This document shows positions 41,725 through 50,958 of a DNA stretch of 64,000 nt, piece after piece; position 1 is the stretch's first letter, and each line of letters begins with the position of its first letter. The DNA is from Terriglobia bacterium (GTDB taxonomy: Bacteria; Acidobacteriota; Terriglobia; 2-12-FULL-54-10), in the NCBI GenBank assembly GCA_963666975.2, contig CAXVYR010000004.1, forward strand, positions 1,696,001-1,760,000, written 5' to 3'. A program made the position numbers and the translations under genes. Under the pieces are notes generated by a model. The model ran no database searches. It was given only the letters and a program-made list of their open reading frames with translations, and had not been told where the DNA came from.

Positions 41725-43233
41725 TTAACGTGCTTCGACTGAGAGCGACTCCTGCTCGGGGGCGCAGATGGCCCGGGTCAAGGTCTGGAAGTGATACCCC
41801 ATGATGGCCAGCATGATGGCTGTGCCGAAGGAGTGGCGATAGCGCGTGGCGGCTTCCAAAAAGAACTTCCAATAACTGATGCGGGAATCGCCCAGGATGC
41901 CTTGCTTCAGGATGGACCGTGCCAGGGCGAGGTAATCGGATCGGGAGCGAGCGACCTTGTGCGTGGGGCGGTGTTGGGCCAGGAATTTCCGCACGCGCTC
42001 ATAATAGGCGTCCGGGTGGTAGATGCGCTGGAGGATGTCCCTGTAGCCTTCCACCAGCCGCTGCGGATTCATCTTGGGAATAAAGTTCAGACTTAAATTC
42101 ATGTTGTTGCCGTGGCCCTCATCCACGATACGGCCTTCCTTCATGAGTCTGCGGTAGAGCTGCGTGCCGGGCAGGGCCAGCAGCAGCCCCACCATCGCCA
42201 GCGGGATGGCGCTCTCCTGGATGAACTCCACCTGCCTATCGAAGATGTCTTCCGGGTCGTTGTCAAAGCCCACGATGAAGCCCGCCATCACCTCCATGCC
42301 ATAGCCCTGGATGCGCTGCACGCTCTCCATCAGATCGCGGCGGGTGTTTTGCAGCTTCTGGGCCTCTTTCAGGGAGGCTTCCACCGGAGTCTCGATGCCC
42401 AGGAAAACGCGGATGAAGCGTGCATCCTGCATCATCTGCAGCAACTCCAGGTCGTCGGCCAGGTTCAGCGAGGCTTCCGTAAAAAAGGTAAACGGCTGCT
42501 TGCGCCGGCTATTCCACTCCGCCAGCACGGGGAGCAGCTTTTTGACCTCCCGTTTGTTGCCGATAAAGTTGTCGTCCACAATGAAAACCGACCCTCGCCA
42601 GTTGTGCTCGTAGAGCTGCTCCAACTCGGCCACCACCTGGGCCGGAGACTTTGTCCGGGGCGTGCGCCCGTAAATCTCAATGATGTCGCAGAACTCACAG
42701 TTGAACGGGCACCCTCGCGAGTACTGGATGGCCATGGAACTGTAGTGCTTGGGGTTGATGAGGCTCAGATCGGGCAACGGCGTCTTGCTGAGGCCGGGAC
42801 GCTCCGCGGCGGTGTAGAGGGGTTTGGCCGTTCCCCGCTCCAGATCGGCTGCGAGCCCGGCAACCAACTCCTCGGCCTCGCCGATCACCACATGGTCGGC
42901 GTGCTGGGGAAGCTCCTCCACGCTGCTGGTTACAGGCCCTCCGATCACCGTCGGCAGCCCGCGCGAACGGCAGCGCGCCAGAAGCTCCAGCAATTCCTGC
43001 TTATGCACCAGCATCCCGCTCAGCAGAGCCACGTCGGCCCACTTCAGGTCGGCTTCGGTCAGCCGCCGGATGTTGGTATCGACCAGACGCTTGTTCCAGT
43101 GTCCGGGCAGCAGCGAGGCAATCGTCAGCAGGCCCAGCGGCGGATAGACAGAGCGTTTACCCTCAAACGACAATACGTGCTTAAAACTCCAGTAGGTGTC
43201 GGGCCACTCCGGATAAATAAGAAGAGCATTCAT
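41725..43233 (-). CDS. B12-binding radical SAM protein (DUF4070-type C-terminus)
   Basis: PPLGLLT, GGP, SRGCPFNCEFC, DDNFIG, GFIVGFDND. Confidence 0.92.
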   Translation of the reverse strand: MNALLIYPEWPDTYWSFKHVLSFEGKRSVYPPLGLLTIASLLPGHWNKRLVDTNIRRLTEADLKWADVALLSGMLVHKQELLELLARCRSRGLPTVIGGPVTSSVEELPQHADHVVIGEAEELVAGLAADLERGTAKPLYTAAERPGLSKTPLPDLSLINPKHYSSMAIQYSRGCPFNCEFCDIIEIYGRTPRTKSPAQVVAELEQLYEHNWRGSVFIVDDNFIGNKREVKKLLPVLAEWNSRRKQPFTFFTEASLNLADDLELLQMMQDARFIRVFLGIETPVEASLKEAQKLQNTRRDLMESVQRIQGYGMEVMAGFIVGFDNDPEDIFDRQVEFIQESAIPLAMVGLLLALPGTQLYRRLMKEGRIVDEGHGNNMNLSLNFIPKMNPQRLVEGYRDILQRIYHPDAYYERVRKFLAQHRPTHKVARSRSDYLALARSILKQGILGDSRISYWKFFLEAATRYRHSFGTAIMLAIMGYHFQTLTRAICAPEQESLSVEAR

Positions 43234-43423
43234 ATCGTTAGTCAGTTCCCCAGTCAGTTCCCCGGTTTCTCTCGAATGAAAAATGGAAGCCATTCATGGT
43301 ATAGCCCAAGCCGCCAGCACACAACCTCTAATTAGCCGGAAGGCGGCAAGTTCAGCCTGGACGGTGAATCCTGCGGGTGAATGGCAGTTCGCGGAAGCGC
43401 GAGGGTGCTGACTGCGCCCACCC

Positions 43424-44035
43424 TCAATTTTGCCAGCCGATTTCCCGCGCGCGCAGCTCCTCTTCCAGTTGGGACAGGGAATGGAACTGAACTGAGTCAA
43501 TGCCCTGGCGGCGGGCTGCCTCCACGTTGGAGGCGATGTCATCGGTGAAAAAACATTCTTCCGGGCGGCAACCGGCGCAGCGAATCGCCTCCTGGTAAAT
43601 TTCCGGAGAGGGCTTCAACGCGCCGACCTCGTAGGAGAGAACATAGCCGTCAAAGTGTCCGAGGAGGGGATACTTTTCCCGGGCCATGGCAAAGTGAATG
43701 GTGTTGGTGTTGGACAAAAGAAGCAAACGATGACGGCTGCGGATACCCAGCAACAAGCTCTCCGGGATCAGCGTCTCCGGCAGAAAGATGGTGCTCCAAA
43801 GCTCCCAGAACTCGGAATAGCTGACATCGAGATCAAGGATGCGGCTAACCTGCTCGACAAAACTTTCGGGAGAGACCTGGCCCGTCTCAAAAAGTTGCAC
43901 CAGCCCGGTCGAGCGGATGCGCGCGGGGATTTCCTGCGCCGGGTAGGGACACAACTTCTCCAAAGCCGAGTGGCATTGGCTGAAATCAATCGGCACAATC
44001 ACGTTGCCCAGATCGAGCATCACGGTTTTGGTCAT
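43424..44035 (-). CDS. HAD family phosphatase
   Basis: DLGNV, LSNTN, KPSPEIY, DD motifs. Confidence 0.92.
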   Translation of the reverse strand: MTKTVMLDLGNVIVPIDFSQCHSALEKLCPYPAQEIPARIRSTGLVQLFETGQVSPESFVEQVSRILDLDVSYSEFWELWSTIFLPETLIPESLLLGIRSRHRLLLLSNTNTIHFAMAREKYPLLGHFDGYVLSYEVGALKPSPEIYQEAIRCAGCRPEECFFTDDIASNVEAARRQGIDSVQFHSLSQLEEELRAREIGWQN

Positions 44036-44061
44036 TCGAAGTGGTGGCCGGTCCCTTTACA

Positions 44062-44102
44062 ATAAAAGAAGCCCCACAACCGACAAAATCGGCGGAGGCT
44101 TC
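44062..44102 (-). terminator. intrinsic terminator-like hairpin
   Basis: GAAGCCTC...GGGGCTTC followed by TTTTATT on the minus strand. Confidence 0.6.
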
Positions 44103-44146
44103 AAGGTTTACCCCGGTTAAGGGGCTATCCTGCGAAACCTTGTTAT

Positions 44147-44182
44147 ATTATAGCTGACCGATGCCTGCCCGCAATCCACAAC
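44147..44182. repeat. type II-C CRISPR-like repeat, copy 1
   Basis: ATTATAGCTGACCGATGCCTGCCCGCAATCCACAAC. Confidence 0.75.
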
Positions 44183-44637
44183 AATTTTTTGCTGCTAAAC
44201 TGTTTTAGATAATTCGCAAAGTCGGCATAATCCTTTTCAATCTTCGCCGTGTTTTCTGCGGTGTAAAAATCCGGATTTAGATAATTCTTAGTGTTGCAGT
44301 CGCCGAAAGAGGTCCAATCATAAGCGGTAATAAGCACGGTTGAAGACTGCGGGTCGCTTAAAAATTGTCTGAAGTCTGATCTTGCGGCAAGATTAGCTAA
44401 ACGAGAGTTCTGGATACAAGTACCATCTTTATAATCTATATCTGCCTTCGGCCCAATATAAATTCTTATCGCTCCCGCGCCTAAATCATTCGCAAGGTCC
44501 AAGCTTTTAGACATCAAGGCGTCGCCGCTATATCCAGAAACACTGCCGCCCCCAAAATACGGCCCGAACGCTGTTTGCGCCGAAACAACGGCCGGGACAA
44601 AAAAAACGGCGAAAAGCGCCAGCCCAAAAATCATCAA
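44183..44637 (-). pseudogene. AT-rich secreted protein, possibly glycoside-hydrolase-like, cut at the repeat
   Basis: Signal peptide, LGAGAIRIYIG; the ORF runs into repeat 1 and stops at its far edge. Confidence 0.55.
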
Positions 44638-44703
44638 TTTTTAATTTCTAAACATATTTGCAGCAAAACTATTCATTAATAATCGTAATAGCAAATTTAA
44701 TGT

Positions 44704-44734
44704 AAAAAAACACCCGGCCAAATTGGTCGGGTGG
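44704..44734 (-). terminator. intrinsic terminator
   Basis: CACCCGACCA-ATT-TGGCCGGGTG followed by T7. Confidence 0.7.
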
Positions 44735-44787
44735 TGCCCAAAGAACTATTCCGTTGTTCCCAAGCTGATCGGAAGAGTTGAGGGTTA

Positions 44788-45801
44788 TTATTTTGGCGCC
44801 GCGCCATCAATAGATGATACGGTGAACCCCTCGTGGTTCAGATTCACGTGTAAAGCCACAAATCCTAGTTGAAGGCCGTTCACAGACTCCACTGTCATAA
44901 GCCCCGCAGAATCAAGAGGAAGGGCGATGCCGAAATCATCTAACATTCCCGTTTTCATGCTCCGCGGCGGAATAGATATGCTAAAAGAACCCGGCGGCAA
45001 AGACACGTTGACTTCATTCCACTGGTCTGTGGGGTTTGTAAATGCCAGGCCTATACCGGTCCGCTTCAACGGCGAACTCGTCAGATTGTCGTAATAGACA
45101 GAATATTTTCTCGGCAAGTCCTCGGCATCCCAAGAGCGGACAAAAGTCTCGCTAAGGACAACGCCATCTCTAACATAGCGGTACCTCAGAGACACGCCAA
45201 CATCCAAAACGCCGCCTGGAGGGATTCCATTGCCACCAGTGTTGGGATATATCAGCCTTAACCCAGCCGCCGAGTCCTTCCCTTGATGGGAAAGTCAGCG
45301 TTGTGGCAGTCCAGTGTTGGGATAAATATCAGCCTTAACCCAGCCGCCGAGTCCTTCCCTTGATGGGAAAGTCAGCGTTGTGGCAGCGGCTGTTTTTTGC
45401 AAAAGCGGGAGCGTAACACTGCCGATGATCGGCAAACCAGCATAGGTTCCAAACGAACCAAAACTATGGATTGGTTCAATCAGCCTGCTTCCGTCATCTC
45501 TCCAGAAAATAAACAGAAAACTGATGGTGAAATTAGATTTGTTCTCGAAAACCAAGTCAGTTTCCCAGCCGTTGCGCAAAACATACCTCTCGCCGCTGAC
45601 AAGATCATCTTTCCCCACGACAGCGCCGTCGCTTATTCTGATATACTCATCGCCGCCACCCAGAGCAAGATGCGGCATAACATACCTTGCGACCGGCGCT
45701 GAATTTCTATTTTGCTCATCCAACCTGGTAACCTGGGCAAAAGACCGGTTGCCCAGAAAAGAAAAAATCAATCCTACATAAATCAATCAGCGCCTTCTCA
45801 T
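44788..45801 (-). pseudogene. secreted hypothetical protein broken by an early TGA and a ~75-bp tandem duplication
   Basis: RBS GGAGG, ATG 45801, TGA 45787-45789; MPHLALGGG...WETDL; duplication 45236-45309 / 45311-45386 shifts the frame. Confidence 0.6.
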
Positions 45802-45829
45802 GCCACACCTCCATTCCCATTTTCAGAAT

Positions 45830-45865
45830 ATTATAGCTGATCGATGCCTGCCCGCAATCCACAAC
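45830..45865. repeat. type II-C CRISPR-like repeat, copy 2
   Basis: One mismatch to copy 1. Confidence 0.75.
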
Positions 45866-45879
45866 TCACGGCGGTCGCT

Positions 45880-46005
45880 TCACGAAAGATCAAACAGCAG
45901 AATCTCCGCCTCGCCGTTCCCGTCGTTTTCTTTGCCGACGCTCAGTTCCAGCAACTCTTCATTGCCGGCCTCTGCGCTGACTGCGGCCCCGTCGCCCGCC
46001 TGGAG
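45880..46005 (-). pseudogene. diverged duplicate of the pirin 3' end
   Basis: LQAGDGAAVSAEAGNEELLELSVGKENDGNGEAEILLFDLS* versus the intact pirin LQAGDGAAVSAKRNEDEMLELSAGNEAEQNGEAEILLFDLS*. Confidence 0.85.
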
Positions 46006-46024
46006 CCCCACAGAAGCGCGGGGT

Positions 46025-46321
46025 TTAGGCCGTCGGTTGAGGCTCGTAGCGCTCGACCTGGATTTGATCCTGGTGCTTGCGCGCTTGGGCCAACTCGTAG
46101 GCTGTTTGCAAGCGGAGCCAATGATCGGCGTTGGACCATCCGGCCTTCTCCAGGCGGATTGCCATGTCCGGAGAGATTCCGGACTGGCCGTTGATCACGC
46201 GCGAAAGCGTATGGCGGGTAACGCGCAAGACCTTCGCGCCTTCGGTCACGCTGAGTTCGAGCGGCTCCAAGCAGGCATCCTTGATCGAACGGCCCGGATG
46301 TGGCGGGTTTTTCATGGGCAT
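46025..46321 (-). CDS. higA: HigA family antitoxin
   Basis: [29 protein letters not shown]. Confidence 0.92.
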   Translation of the reverse strand: MPMKNPPHPGRSIKDACLEPLELSVTEGAKVLRVTRHTLSRVINGQSGISPDMAIRLEKAGWSNADHWLRLQTAYELAQARKHQDQIQVERYEPQPTA

Positions 46322-46339
46322 AGCGGTTGCTCCTTTTTG

Positions 46340-46618
46340 TTAGTGATAGTCGACGAGGTCGACCTCATAAGCATCCCCGTCCTCAAAGCGAAAAGTGATG
46401 CGCCAATTCCGGGAGATCGTCACGCTCCAGTGGCCCTTCCGGTCGCCCTTGAGCGGGTGGAGACGATAACCCGGTAAATCGAGATCTCCAGGGTCTTGTG
46501 CTTTGTCCAGATGGAACAGCACGTCGCGGATGCGGTCGAGATGGTCGGCGCGGATTTTGCTGCCGTCACTTTGCTCATAAAGCCGCTTCAGGCCCCGGTG
46601 TCGAAAACTCTCGATCAT
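46340..46618 (-). CDS. higB: HigB/RelE family toxin
   Basis: MIESFRHRGL, RLHPLKGDRKGHWS, NWRITFRF, DYH. Confidence 0.92.
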   Translation of the reverse strand: MIESFRHRGLKRLYEQSDGSKIRADHLDRIRDVLFHLDKAQDPGDLDLPGYRLHPLKGDRKGHWSVTISRNWRITFRFEDGDAYEVDLVDYH

Positions 46619-46741
46619 AGAAAATGTAACATGCAATGTTGCACGTCGCAACCGGAACGTATTCCTAGCCGGGGCCGCACGGTATTTGGCATCAGGAATT
46701 GCGCTTCATGAGATGAAGGAAACGTAACCGCGTAGCTCCAT

Positions 46742-46777
46742 ATTATAGCTGACCGATGCCTGCCCGGAATCCACAAC
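46742..46777. repeat. type II-C CRISPR-like repeat, copy 3
   Basis: One mismatch to copy 1; 15 bp downstream of the pirin stop codon. Confidence 0.75.
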
Positions 46778-46792
46778 GCGGTAGCAACGAAA

Positions 46793-47539
46793 TCACGAAA
46801 GATCAAACAGCAGGATTTCCGCCTCGCCGTTCTGCTCGGCTTCATTCCCGGCGCTCAACTCCAGCATCTCGTCTTCATTCCTCTTGGCGCTGACTGCGGC
46901 CCCATCGCCCGCCTGAAGTGAATATCCGTTCAGGACAACCGCGCCCCTCGCCGTCTGCACCCAGGCGTGGCGGCCGGGCCGCAGACGATGCGTCACGCGC
47001 TGTCCGGCACTCAGGCGGGCCACGTATAAATCCGCATCCTGATGGAGGGTGACCACACCATCTCGCCCTGCTTTATTCCCATCCTCATCCCCCGCCGCCA
47101 GAAGAAGCAAAGCTCCCCGTGCTTGCTCCATCGGGAAGGCGCGCTGCTCGTAGCTGGGCTGGATGCCTTGCGTTCGCGGCAAAATCCATACTTGGAAAAG
47201 GTGTACCTGCTCGGATGGGGAGTGGTTGTGCTCGCTGTGGGTCACGCCGGTGCCGGCGCTCATGCGCTGCACCTCTCCCGGACGAATCACCGATCCGTTG
47301 CCCATGCTGTCCTTGTGATCGAGCGAGCCTTCCAGGACGTAGGTAACGATCTCCATGTCCCGGTGCGGATGGGCGCCGAAGCCCTGCCCCGGCGCAATGA
47401 AGTCTTCATTCAGCACCCGCAGATGGCGAAAGCCCATGAAATTCGGATCATAGTAGTGATCGAAGGAAAAACTGTGGCGGCTGTCGAGCCGGCCTAGCCG
47501 CGTATGCCCGCGCTCACTGCCCGGTCGCAACCGAATCAT
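46793..47539 (-). CDS. pirin family protein
   Basis: GFGAHPHRDMEI, HKDSMGN, MSAGTGVTHSE. Confidence 0.95.
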   Translation of the reverse strand: MIRLRPGSERGHTRLGRLDSRHSFSFDHYYDPNFMGFRHLRVLNEDFIAPGQGFGAHPHRDMEIVTYVLEGSLDHKDSMGNGSVIRPGEVQRMSAGTGVTHSEHNHSPSEQVHLFQVWILPRTQGIQPSYEQRAFPMEQARGALLLLAAGDEDGNKAGRDGVVTLHQDADLYVARLSAGQRVTHRLRPGRHAWVQTARGAVVLNGYSLQAGDGAAVSAKRNEDEMLELSAGNEAEQNGEAEILLFDLS

Positions 47540-47711
47540 TGCTGCCCCCTCCCTTGCTTTTTAAGGTTAACACAGAGGAATGGTTCAGACGGGACAAGGC
47601 CTGGCACCGTTGCCGCAACAAGAACGCTTGTCCCCGGAAACAGCGGAGGCTTATAATTCTTCTTTGTTGCGACATTGGAATCTCACGTTGTCCTTCCCCG
47701 AAACAATCCGA

Positions 47712-48734
47712 ATGAGCCGGACCGCACGCCTCAGCGCAGGCAGTTTGCTGATGATCCTTTCCTTGTCGTTGTCCTTGCTCTACGGTCTCGCCCGTGCGCA
47801 GGCGCCGGCGGACACCCTCTCAGGCCGCGTGCTCAACGGCACCACGAACCAGCCCGTCCCGAATCAGCCGGTGGCTTATGTCAGGATGCAACAAGGGCTG
47901 GAGCCGGTGGCGACGGCGGTGACCGGCGCGGACGGACGATTTGTTCTGGAAGGCGTTGGCACTCCCGGCGGAGCCCCCGCGCTGCTGCGGGCCGAATACC
48001 AGGGCGTGACCTATTCCCATCCCGTGCTGGGGCAACAACCCGGCGGCGTCCAGATCCAGGTGTTTGAAGCCGCCAGCCAGCCGGAGATGGTTTCGGCGAA
48101 AGAACACCTCATCTTCCTCCACCCTGCAGGAGACACTATTTTCGTAACCGAGCAAGTGGTGCTGGAGAACGCCACCGCCCCGCCCAAAACATATTTCAAT
48201 CCGGAAGGGACCTATCGGTTTGCCGTGCCGGAGACGCCGCGCGCGGAAGTTCGTCTTTCGGTGACCGGCCCGGGAGGCATGCCCATCCAGCAGACGCCGG
48301 AGCCCGGAGAGCTGGAAAACCATTTTGCCATTGCCTATCCGATCCGTCCCGGCGAGACGCAGGTGCGGATTGACTATTCTTTCGGCTACCAGTCGCCCTT
48401 CGATTTCACCAAACTGCTGCTGCTGCCGTCCGACCAAACATATGTGATATCGCCCGGGACAGACGTACAATTGTCCGGGGAAGGAGTGGCCGAGTTGGGC
48501 GCCGATCCCTCAACGGGATTTATCGGGTATCAAGTGACTCCCCGGGAAAATCTCATTCGCGTCCAGGTCTCCGGCCAGGCTCCCGCGACGCTCGCGGGAG
48601 CGGGAGGGGCTCAGGACGAGGGATCAGGGCTGCTTACGCCGATCCCGGCTCCGTTGAACAATCGCCGCTGGCTGATCCTGGGTTTGGCGGGATTGGTCAT
48701 GCTTCTCGGTTTTTTTTATCACTACACCCATTAG
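47712..48734 (+). CDS. exported membrane-anchored protein upstream of ccmA
   Basis: Signal peptide, carboxypeptidase-regulatory-like N-terminal domain, C-terminal TM helix. Confidence 0.7.
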   Translation: MSRTARLSAGSLLMILSLSLSLLYGLARAQAPADTLSGRVLNGTTNQPVPNQPVAYVRMQQGLEPVATAVTGADGRFVLEGVGTPGGAPALLRAEYQGVTYSHPVLGQQPGGVQIQVFEAASQPEMVSAKEHLIFLHPAGDTIFVTEQVVLENATAPPKTYFNPEGTYRFAVPETPRAEVRLSVTGPGGMPIQQTPEPGELENHFAIAYPIRPGETQVRIDYSFGYQSPFDFTKLLLLPSDQTYVISPGTDVQLSGEGVAELGADPSTGFIGYQVTPRENLIRVQVSGQAPATLAGAGGAQDEGSGLLTPIPAPLNNRRWLILGLAGLVMLLGFFYHYTH

Positions 48735-48959
48735 AGCATTTTTCAAATTGGTGTATAGAGGGAAACTGAGATCTGCGTCAGGGCACGGTTTTAACCGTGC
48801 CGAAAAAAGCAGGGGGGGCAGAGCGGCTTTAGCCGCTGAGGTTCATATGTTTCTATCGGGTCCCGTCAGGGGTTAAACCCCCTAATGGCTGGCCTCGTTG
48901 CGGCACGACTGAAGTCGTGCCCTGACGAACCCCTATACATCAATCCGTAAAATGCTGTA
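48732..48959. mobile_element. MITE-like element of the same TIR family as 1816-2088, different REP cargo
   Basis: TAGAGCATTTTTCAAATTGGTGTATAG versus reverse complement TACAGCATTTTACGGATTGATGTATAG; internal cgtcagggcacg...cgtgccctgacg. Confidence 0.7.
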
Positions 48960-49004
48960 GCGGGAACGAGCGAAGGGTTGCCTACGAAAGGCCCTGCAAA
49001 GAAG

Positions 49005-49802
49005 ATGGAGACTGTCCCAACCAAGAAAGCATCAGACGCGAACCCGCCAGGAAACTCTGCGACCGGACAGCATTCGCCGGCCAGCCCAGGCAGTAATGCC
49101 CGGTGGGATATCCAAGCCGAAGGCCTCACGAAACTCTACGGCGACTTCCCGGCCTTGCAACATGTGGACCTTGAGGTTTCTCAAGGAGAGTTTCTGGCTC
49201 TTATGGGCCGCAACGGAGCCGGAAAAACCACGCTGCTGAAACTGCTGGCATTGCTCACCCGGCCCACCTCCGGGAAGCTGACCATCCGGGGCATCACCCA
49301 CGAAGGCGATCTGACCGAGTTGCGCCGCGGAATGGGCCTGCTGGGACACAACTCCTTTCTCTACGACGAGCTGACGGCGGAAGAAAATCTTCTTTTCTAC
49401 GCCAAGCTGTATGGAATTGGCGAGCCTCGCCGCGCCATTCAGCAGATGTTGGAAGCAACCGGCCTCAGCTCGTTCGGCAAAGAATTGGTGCGCAACTTTT
49501 CCCGAGGTATGAAGCAAAGGCTGGCCATTGGCCGTGTGTTTCTGCACGACCCGGAGCTGATCCTGCTGGATGAGCCCTTCACCGGCCTGGATGATCGCGC
49601 CGTGGCGCTGCTGGAGAACTCGCTGCTCGACGCCCACCGGAAGGGGAAGACCATCTTGCTGTGCACGCATCAACTGGAGCTTTCCTTGAAGCTGGCCAGC
49701 AGGTTGCTCATCCTGGACCGGGGCAAGGTGGCCTACCAGGGTCCCAATCAGCCCGGCCGTGTGGAACAGATGCGAGAGCTTTACTTGCAGTTCGCCGGTT
49801 GA
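49005..49802 (+). CDS. ccmA: heme exporter ATP-binding protein CcmA
   Basis: GRNGAGKTT, FSRGMKQR, LLDEPFTGLD; adjacent to ccmC. Confidence 0.88.
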   Translation: METVPTKKASDANPPGNSATGQHSPASPGSNARWDIQAEGLTKLYGDFPALQHVDLEVSQGEFLALMGRNGAGKTTLLKLLALLTRPTSGKLTIRGITHEGDLTELRRGMGLLGHNSFLYDELTAEENLLFYAKLYGIGEPRRAIQQMLEATGLSSFGKELVRNFSRGMKQRLAIGRVFLHDPELILLDEPFTGLDDRAVALLENSLLDAHRKGKTILLCTHQLELSLKLASRLLILDRGKVAYQGPNQPGRVEQMRELYLQFAG

Positions 49803-49846
49803 GTTTGGGGCATCCACGCCGGTCCATAATTTTCAGGAGGCTAATA

Positions 49847-50536
49847 GTGCGATCTTACGGGACCTTCAATATCGCAATGGCGCTGGCGACGGCGGGAGCC
49901 TTAGTGGCTGCCCTGTACGGGGCCTTTCTCGGCGCTCCCACCGAGATGACCATGGGGGACATTCAGCGCATCTTTTACATCCACGTCCCTTCGGCCTGGA
50001 CCGCCTTTGCCGCCTTCATTACGGTCGCCGTGGCTGGCATCGCCTATCTGGCGACCGATAACCTGAAGTGGGACCGCATCGCGATGGCCTGCGCCGAGAT
50101 CGGGACCGTTTTCTGCACAGCCGTGTTGATTACCGGGCCGATCTGGGCGAAACCGGTGTGGGGTATCTGGTGGACGTGGGACTCGCGGCTGACCTCCACG
50201 CTGCTTCTGTGGCTGATTTATTTGAGCTACCTGTTGCTGCGCGGGTTTCTGGAGGAACCGGCGCGGAGGGCTACGCTCTCCGCCGTCTTTGGGATTTTCG
50301 GCGCTTTAACCGTGCCGTTTGTGTTTATGACGATCCGTTTGTGGCGGACACAGCATCCCCAGCCCGTCCTGATGGGAGGCGATGATTCGGGCCTGGACCC
50401 GGTGATGTTTCAGGCCTTGATGGTCGCCTGGGTGGCGTTCCTGATCTTGTTCGTGTTTCTGGCGACGCTCCGAGTGCGCCTGGAGAAGAGCCGCGACGAA
50501 GTGCGGCAGTTGCGGCGAGAGTTGATGGTGCAGTAA
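49847..50536 (+). CDS. ccmC: heme exporter / cytochrome c biogenesis protein CcmC
   Basis: IFYIHVPSAW, WAKPVWGIWWTWDSRLT, TQHP; RBS AGGAGG before GTG. Confidence 0.93.
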   Translation: MRSYGTFNIAMALATAGALVAALYGAFLGAPTEMTMGDIQRIFYIHVPSAWTAFAAFITVAVAGIAYLATDNLKWDRIAMACAEIGTVFCTAVLITGPIWAKPVWGIWWTWDSRLTSTLLLWLIYLSYLLLRGFLEEPARRATLSAVFGIFGALTVPFVFMTIRLWRTQHPQPVLMGGDDSGLDPVMFQALMVAWVAFLILFVFLATLRVRLEKSRDEVRQLRRELMVQ

Positions 50537-50545
50537 GACGGTGCG

Positions 50546-50634
50546 ATCAGAGCCGCGCGCGCAAGCAAGCGGGCAAACGCGCTGGATTGAGCCCCTGCCC
50601 GAATGGTCCGCTCCCTTGCGGTCGCGGCTCTGAT
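50546..50634. repeat. REP-like inverted pair
   Basis: atcagagccgcgcgcgcaagcaagcgg ... ccgctcccttgcggtcgcggctctgat. Confidence 0.6.
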
Positions 50635-50714
50635 TGGTTTTCACACAGACTCTTGAGCCGCTGAGGGCTATCGATAATTTCACGCAATGCGCCGAGATGA
50701 ATTGAGGAGGATTG

Positions 50715-50867
50715 ATGGAAAATCTTTTTTGGGCCTATGCGATAGTTTGGATCTTGCACGTGGGATACCTGCTGAGCTTGGCCGTGCGGCAGAACAGCCT
50801 GCGGCAGGAAATCTCCACCCTGAAAGCCTTGGTCGAACAGAAAGGGCAAACCACGGGCGGACGCTGA
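50715..50867 (+). CDS. ccmD: CcmD family protein (50 aa, not in ORF track)
   Basis: RBS GAGGAGG; MENLFWAYAIVWILHVGYLLSLAVRQNSLRQEISTLK; follows ccmC. Confidence 0.8.
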   Translation: MENLFWAYAIVWILHVGYLLSLAVRQNSLRQEISTLKALVEQKGQTTGGR

Positions 50868-50958
50868 AAAAGCCCTTACTGTGGCTTTCCCGGCTGATGT
50901 CCTGGAGAATGCTTGGAAACAAGAATCGAGGCGGACAGGAAGCCGTAATATACGAAGT

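Noticed and set aside
45787-45789. In-frame TGA at codon 5 as selenocysteine
   Set aside because: It lies in a signal-peptide region with no redox motif, and the gene is also frameshifted, so it is more likely a nonsense mutation
44147-46777. Conventional CRISPR array, integron attC array or dif site
   Set aside because: No 30-40 bp spacers, no RYYYAAC...GTTRRRY attC layout or integron integrase, and a poor match to XerC/XerD arms
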